NCBI RefSeq assembly: GCF_001299475.1
Contig: NZ_CYUJ01000002.1
Span: 754,258 to 778,257 of the forward strand
Reading direction: 5' to 3'
Length of the DNA: 24,000 nt
DNA from: Neofamilia massiliensis
GTDB taxonomy: Bacteria; Bacillota; Clostridia; Tissierellales; Peptoniphilaceae
Shown here: piece by piece, positions 17,648 to 24,000 of the stretch
Numbering within the stretch: the stretch's first letter is position 1
Layout of the letters: each line of letters starts with the position of its first letter
Notes under the pieces: generated by a model
Told to the model about the DNA's origin: nothing
Database searches by the model: none
Seen by the model: only the letters and a program-made list of their open reading frames with translations
Translations under genes and position numbers: made by a program

Positions 17648-17676
17648 GCTAAGTTTTGTACTTAGCCTTTTCATTT
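17646..17676 (+). terminator. Terminator-like hairpin between the orphan gene and ruvC
   Basis: AGGCTAAG (17646-17653) pairs perfectly with CTTAGCCT (17661-17668) around a 7-nt loop. An interrupted T tract TTTCATTT follows. The hairpin ends 8 nt before the ruvC ATG. Confidence 0.45.
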
Positions 17677-18171
17677 ATGAGAATTTTAGGTATAGATCCA
17701 GGACTTGCTTTAGTAGGTTTTGGAATAATCGATTGTATAGGAAATTCATATAAGTTAGTAGACTATGGAGTTATTGAAACAAAAGCAGGACTACCTCTGC
17801 CTTCTAGGCTGGAAAAGATTTATAAACTAATGGACCAACTTATTGAAACTTATAAACCTGAAGAAGTTGCCTTTGAAGAATTATTTTTCAATAAAAATGT
17901 CAAAACTGCAATTGCTGTTGGCCATGCAAGAGGAGTAGAAATTTTAGCTTGTAAGAATAAGGGCTTAGATATTTTTGAGTACACTCCCTTACAAATTAAA
18001 CAGGCAATTACAGGTTATGGTAGGGCTGATAAAAAACAAATTCAAGAGATGGTAAAACTTTTGCTTAATATGGAAAAGATTCCAAAACCAGATGATGCTG
18101 CAGACGGCCTAGCTGTTGCAATAACCCATGCAAGTTCCCTTAATTTTAAAGATATGTTTAGGATGAGATAA
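17677..18171 (+). CDS. ruvC: Crossover junction endodeoxyribonuclease RuvC
   Basis: The 164-aa protein from the ATG at 17677 has the canonical N-terminus MRILGIDPG. Catalytic acidic residues are present (D in IDPG, FEE, DDAADGLA). The track's TTG at 17656 lies in the loop of the upstream hairpin and would add the atypical MYLAFSF. Confidence 0.9.
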   Translation: MRILGIDPGLALVGFGIIDCIGNSYKLVDYGVIETKAGLPLPSRLEKIYKLMDQLIETYKPEEVAFEELFFNKNVKTAIAVGHARGVEILACKNKGLDIFEYTPLQIKQAITGYGRADKKQIQEMVKLLLNMEKIPKPDDAADGLAVAITHASSLNFKDMFRMR

Positions 18172-18172
18172 G

Positions 18173-18748
18173 ATGATTGAATTTATTTACGGACAAGTTG
18201 AATACAAGGAAGATGGCTATGTAGTTATAAACAATGCCAATATTGGCTACAAACTAATGGCTTCTTTAAATACATTAGCAGCCCTAGAAATTGGCAGCCA
18301 TGTAAAAGTTTATACTGACATGGTTGTAAGAGAAGATGATATTTCCCTTTATGGCTTTGCTAGTAGAGATGAAAGAGAAGTATACAGACTTTTAACTACA
18401 GTAAAAGGTATTGGACCTAGAATTGCTATTGGAGCCTTGTCTGGTTTAAGTGCAGATACTATTATTGCTGCTATTAGGTCAGAAGATGTTGGCGTTCTAA
18501 CTAAGGCCCCAGGCATTGGCAAGAAAACTGCAGAAAGAGTGATTTTAGAGCTTAAAGATAAGACTGACCATATGAATGTAGAAGCAAGTATAGAAGCTTT
18601 AAATTCACCAATTTCTGAAGCTGAAGAAGCTTTAATTCAATTAGGCTATACTTCCTACGAGGTATCTGACATGCTTAAGTCGATTTATAAAGAGGGTATG
18701 ACAGTAGAAGATTTAATTAGGCTTGGCCTTAAGGAAATGATGAGGTAG
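18173..18748 (+). CDS. ruvA: Holliday junction branch migration complex subunit RuvA
   Basis: The 191-aa protein begins MIEFIYGQV. It has HhH motifs (VKGIGPRIA, APGIGKKTAERVILEL) and a C-terminal domain III. The gene starts 1 nt after the ruvC stop. Confidence 0.95.
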   Translation: MIEFIYGQVEYKEDGYVVINNANIGYKLMASLNTLAALEIGSHVKVYTDMVVREDDISLYGFASRDEREVYRLLTTVKGIGPRIAIGALSGLSADTIIAAIRSEDVGVLTKAPGIGKKTAERVILELKDKTDHMNVEASIEALNSPISEAEEALIQLGYTSYEVSDMLKSIYKEGMTVEDLIRLGLKEMMR

Positions 18749-18757
18749 GTTTTAGAT

Positions 18758-19774
18758 TTGAATACAGAAAACAGAATTGTTTCTTCAGTTGAAAGAGACG
18801 AGGATTTAGAATTAGAAAAAGATCTTAGACCCAAGTGGATTCAAGATTATATAGGACAAAGTAAAGTAAAAGACCAACTTGGCATTTTTATAAAGGCAGC
18901 AAAGTTGAGAAAAGAATCTTTAGACCACACTCTTTTGTATGGACCACCAGGGCTTGGAAAGACAACACTTGCAAATATTATCGCCAATGAAATGGGAGTT
19001 AATATAAAAGTAACATCAGGACCTGCTATTGAAAGACAAGGAGACCTGGCATCTATTTTAACTAACTTAGTTGAAGGAGATGTTCTTTTTATCGATGAAA
19101 TTCACAGGTTAAATAAGTCTATAGAAGAAATTTTATATCCTGCCATGGAAGACAATGCCTTGGATATAATTATTGGCAAGGGTCCAACTGCAAGGTCTGT
19201 TAGACTTGATCTTCCTAACTTTACCTTAGTTGGAGCAACTACAAGAGCTGGACTTTTAACATCTCCACTTAGAGATAGGTTTGGAGTTATTTTAAACTTA
19301 GAACTTTATAATATTGAAGACCTAGTAAAGATTGTAAAAAGGTCTGCAAGTATTTTAAATATACAAATTGACCAAGATGGAGCAGAAGAAATTGCTAGAA
19401 GGTCAAGGGGAACGCCAAGAATAGCCAACAGACTTTTAAAAAGAGTTAGAGATTATGCAGATGTAATTGGCAATGGCTATATAAATTTAAGTTTAGCAAA
19501 AAAAGCCTTAGACTTAATGGAAATTGACAACCTAGGTCTGGACAGAACAGATAGAAAAATAATTCAAACAATGATAGAGTCTTTTCCAAATCGTCCAGTT
19601 GGTATAGACACCTTGGCAGTTGCAACTGGTGAGGACAAAACCACCTTAGAAGATGTTTACGAGCCATATTTAATAAGAATTGGCTTTATGTCAAGGACTC
19701 ACAGAGGAAGAATTGTAACAAAAAAAGCTTATGACCACTTAGGTTTAGAGTATTTAGTAGATGATAATGATTAG
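18758..19774 (+). CDS. ruvB: Holliday junction DNA helicase RuvB
   Basis: The 338-aa protein has Walker [10 protein letters not shown], Walker [10 protein letters not shown], sensor and arginine-finger regions, and [11 protein letters not shown]. It has a TTG start with GAGGTAGG upstream. Confidence 0.97.
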   Translation: MNTENRIVSSVERDEDLELEKDLRPKWIQDYIGQSKVKDQLGIFIKAAKLRKESLDHTLLYGPPGLGKTTLANIIANEMGVNIKVTSGPAIERQGDLASILTNLVEGDVLFIDEIHRLNKSIEEILYPAMEDNALDIIIGKGPTARSVRLDLPNFTLVGATTRAGLLTSPLRDRFGVILNLELYNIEDLVKIVKRSASILNIQIDQDGAEEIARRSRGTPRIANRLLKRVRDYADVIGNGYINLSLAKKALDLMEIDNLGLDRTDRKIIQTMIESFPNRPVGIDTLAVATGEDKTTLEDVYEPYLIRIGFMSRTHRGRIVTKKAYDHLGLEYLVDDND

Positions 19775-19785
19775 AGGTTAAAGCA

Positions 19786-21928
<2,143 letters not shown>

Positions 21929-21946
21929 TAGAATAGGAGGGATAGT

Positions 21947-22210
21947 ATGCCACAACAATATTCAGGAATAATTATGATGTTAGTAATGATGGTGTTTTTT
22001 TACTTATTCTTAATTAGGCCACAGAAAAAGAAAGAAAAAGAATTTGAACAAATGAGAAATTCTCTAGCTGTAGGCGACAATATCATTACTATTGGAGGTA
22101 TAGTTGGTAAAGTAGTTATTGTAAAAGACGACTATATTACCATAGAAACTAGCGGTATGAACACTAGGTTAGAAATTACTAAATGGGGCGTAAGCGCTGT
22201 AATTAAATAG
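21947..22210 (+). CDS. yajC: Preprotein translocase subunit YajC
   Basis: The 87-aa protein has a single N-terminal TM helix followed by LIRPQKKKEKE and GDNIITIGGIVGKV, the typical YajC signature. The SD is AGGAGGG. Confidence 0.9.
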   Translation: MPQQYSGIIMMLVMMVFFYLFLIRPQKKKEKEFEQMRNSLAVGDNIITIGGIVGKVVIVKDDYITIETSGMNTRLEITKWGVSAVIK

Positions 22211-22221
22211 TGGAGGAAATT

Positions 22222-22371
22222 ATGGAACACATTAAAACATTAACTGGAAAGTCTTTAAAAGAAACAGCTTCATATGCAGGCTGTGGCGAATGCCAAACTT
22301 CATGCCAATCAGCATGTAAAACTTCTTGCACAGTTGGTAATCAAAAGTGCGAAAATGAAAAAAAGAACTAA
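22222..22371 (+). CDS. scfA: SCIFF (six cysteines in forty-five residues) ribosomally synthesised peptide precursor
   Basis: This gene is not in the ORF track because it is too short. The ATG at 22222 is preceded by GGAGG (22212-22216). The translation is MEHIKTLTGKSLKETASYAGCGECQTSCQSACKTSCTVGNQKCENEKKN (49 aa). It has six Cys spaced C-x2-C-x3-C-x3-C-x3-C-x6-C. It lies immediately upstream of a radical SAM/SPASM enzyme. The sequence matches my recollection of TIGR03973 (MKHIKTL...GGCGECQTSCQSACKTSC). Confidence 0.9.
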   Translation: MEHIKTLTGKSLKETASYAGCGECQTSCQSACKTSCTVGNQKCENEKKN

Positions 22372-22374
22372 TTT

Positions 22375-22397
22375 GAAGTGGTTTACCACTTCTTTTT
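22375..22397 (+). terminator. Intrinsic terminator/attenuator hairpin between precursor and maturase genes
   Basis: GAAGTGG (22375-22381) pairs perfectly with CCACTTC (22386-22392) around a TTTA loop, followed by T5 (22393-22397). It starts 3 nt after the scfA stop. The scfB SD AAGGGAG follows. Confidence 0.6.
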
Positions 22398-22414
22398 AGT
22401 TAAGGGAGAAATTA

Positions 22415-23761
22415 ATGATTCATAAATACTTTTTAAATGATAAATATATAGTTCTAGACGTTGCCAGTGGATCAGTTCACCTAGTAGACGAACTTACTTA
22501 TGACCTACTAGATGATTATCAAACAATGTCCAAGGAAGAGTTAATTGATAAATACAAAAACAAATATGAAGAAAATAATATTAAAACAGCTCTGGGAGAA
22601 ATTAAAAGTTTAGTTGACCAAGAACTTTTATTTACAGAAGATGACAACTCCTTAGATGATGTAGAATATAATCCTACAAATATTATTAAAGCCATGTGCC
22701 TACATGTTGCCCATGACTGTAATTTAAAATGCAAATACTGTTTTGCAGCCCAAGGAAACTTTAAAGGACAAAGGTCACTAATGGACTTAGAAACTGGGAA
22801 AAAAGCCTTGAAGTTCTTGTGCGAAAATTCTGGTAATAGAAAAAACTTAGAAGTTGACTTTTTTGGTGGCGAACCATTAATGAACTTTGAAGTAGTTAAA
22901 GACCTGGTAAAATATGGCAGAGAAATTGAAAAAGATTACAACAAACACTTTAGATTTACAATAACAACAAATGGCCTTTTACTTACAGATGATAAAATTG
23001 ACTTTATTAACGAAAATATGGACAATGTTGTTTTGAGTCTAGATGGCAGAAAAGAAATAAATGACCCTATTAGACCAACTTTAAATGATAAGGGAAGCTA
23101 CGATATTATAGTTCCAAAATTTAAAAAGCTAATAGAAACTAGAGGTGACAAGGACTATTACATTAGAGGAACCTACACATCCTTTAACAAAGACTTTAGA
23201 AAAGATTTGTTAGACTACTATGAAAATGGCTTTAAAAAAGTTTCTATTGAACCAGTAGTTACAGATCCAAAGGAGCCTTATGCAATAAGAGAAGAGGACT
23301 TAGATGAAATTCTAAAAGAATATGAAGAATTTTCTAAAGACTATCTTTCAATTAGAAAATATGACAAGGACTTTTTGTTCTTTCACTATATGATAGACCT
23401 AAACCAAGGTCCATGTGTTGTAAAGAGAATGGTTGGATGTGGAGCAGGTAGCGAATATATTGCAGTTACTCCTGAAGGAGATATTTATCCTTGCCACCAA
23501 TTTGTTGGAGAAAAAGATTTCTTATTAGGAAATCTTGATACAGGAATTATTAGAGAAGACCTAAGAGATGAATTTAAATGCGCCAATGTAATGAACAAAG
23601 ATGAATGCAACTCTTGTTTTGCAAAATATTATTGTTCAGGTGGTTGTCATGCAAATGCATATTTCAATAATGGAGATATTTTAAAACCCTATGAAATTGG
23701 CTGTAAAATGGAAAGAAAAAGAGTTGAATGTGCTATTTCTATTTTAGCCAATGAAATTTAA
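22415..23761 (+). CDS. scfB: Thioether cross-link-forming SCIFF peptide maturase (radical SAM/SPASM protein)
   Basis: The 448-aa protein has the radical SAM cluster motif CNLKCKYC. Its C-terminal SPASM auxiliary-cluster cysteines are CGAGSEYIAVTPEGDIYPCHQF and CNSCFAKYYCSGGCHANA. An N-terminal ~90 aa segment is available as a peptide-recognition domain. The gene is adjacent to the SCIFF precursor (TIGR03974-like). Confidence 0.92.
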   Translation: MIHKYFLNDKYIVLDVASGSVHLVDELTYDLLDDYQTMSKEELIDKYKNKYEENNIKTALGEIKSLVDQELLFTEDDNSLDDVEYNPTNIIKAMCLHVAHDCNLKCKYCFAAQGNFKGQRSLMDLETGKKALKFLCENSGNRKNLEVDFFGGEPLMNFEVVKDLVKYGREIEKDYNKHFRFTITTNGLLLTDDKIDFINENMDNVVLSLDGRKEINDPIRPTLNDKGSYDIIVPKFKKLIETRGDKDYYIRGTYTSFNKDFRKDLLDYYENGFKKVSIEPVVTDPKEPYAIREEDLDEILKEYEEFSKDYLSIRKYDKDFLFFHYMIDLNQGPCVVKRMVGCGAGSEYIAVTPEGDIYPCHQFVGEKDFLLGNLDTGIIREDLRDEFKCANVMNKDECNSCFAKYYCSGGCHANAYFNNGDILKPYEIGCKMERKRVECAISILANEI

Positions 23762-23779
23762 AAATATACTCAAAAAATG

Positions 23780-23808
23780 TTGACATTTTGCCTATGAAAT
23801 GCTAACAT
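23780..23808 (+). promoter_or_regulatory. Sigma-A promoter of the rplU operon
   Basis: A consensus TTGACA lies at 23780-23785. A 17-nt spacer separates it from TAACAT at 23803-23808, which is preceded by TG at 23800-23801 (extended -10). Confidence 0.55.
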
Positions 23809-23892
23809 TAATTGGTATGAGCCGCTCTGACAAGGTTTATAAACTATTTAGTACCTTTGAAGGCGAGACTGGATAAGAGGAGGTGTCCGTTA
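23809..23892 (+). promoter_or_regulatory. Putative ribosomal protein L21 leader (5' UTR of rplU)
   Basis: An ~85-nt untranslated leader lies between the promoter and the rplU ATG. It has local pairing potential (AAGGT at 23834-23838 with ACCTT at 23854-23858). Firmicute rplU operons carry a conserved L21 leader. I could not verify the covariance model by eye. Confidence 0.35.
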
Positions 23893-24000
23893 ATGTATGC
23901 AGTAATTGAAACTGGCGGTAAGCAATATAAAGTTGAAAAAGGCGATATATTAAGAGTTGAAAAACTTGATGCTGAAGTTGGCGATAAGGTAGTTATTGAT
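23893..24000 (+). CDS. rplU: 50S ribosomal protein L21 (N-terminal 36 codons; continues beyond the window)
   Basis: The translation [36 protein letters not shown] is the canonical L21 N-terminus. The SD is AAGAGGAGG. Confidence 0.95.
   Translation, partial: MYAVIETGGKQYKVEKGDILRVEKLDAEVGDKVVID

Overview
The window is AT-rich (I did not compute GC) and densely coding. It looks like the chromosome of a low-GC Firmicute of the Clostridia/Tissierellia type, possibly a Peptoniphilaceae-like non-sporeformer, but that placement is inference only. Most of it is core housekeeping DNA in two conserved synteny blocks. The first is comEC-holA / rpsT / lepA-hemW. The second is ruvC-ruvA-ruvB-queA-tgt-yajC, followed by the start of the rplU operon. 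The left end carries the 3' part of a YhaN/SbcE-like SMC-type ATPase, a small metallophosphoesterase, ppsA, an L-carnitine-dehydrogenase-like gene and an AlaX-type editing protein. The most system-like element is a SCIFF RiPP cassette directly after yajC. Its 49-aa six-cysteine precursor (22222-22371) is missing from the ORF track. A terminator-like hairpin and a radical SAM/SPASM maturase (22415-23761) follow it. This family is already described, but the function of its product is unknown. Between the two conserved blocks lies a variable four-gene segment (13324-17647): an orphan CitC-like ligase tightly coupled to a membrane-anchored GH18 hydrolase, a Zn-phospholipase-C-like protein, and a 243-aa orphan with its own promoter and terminator. 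I saw no CRISPR array, tRNA/rRNA gene, transposase or integrase. I cannot show a clearly new multi-gene system from sequence alone. The candidates are listed below with explicit tests.
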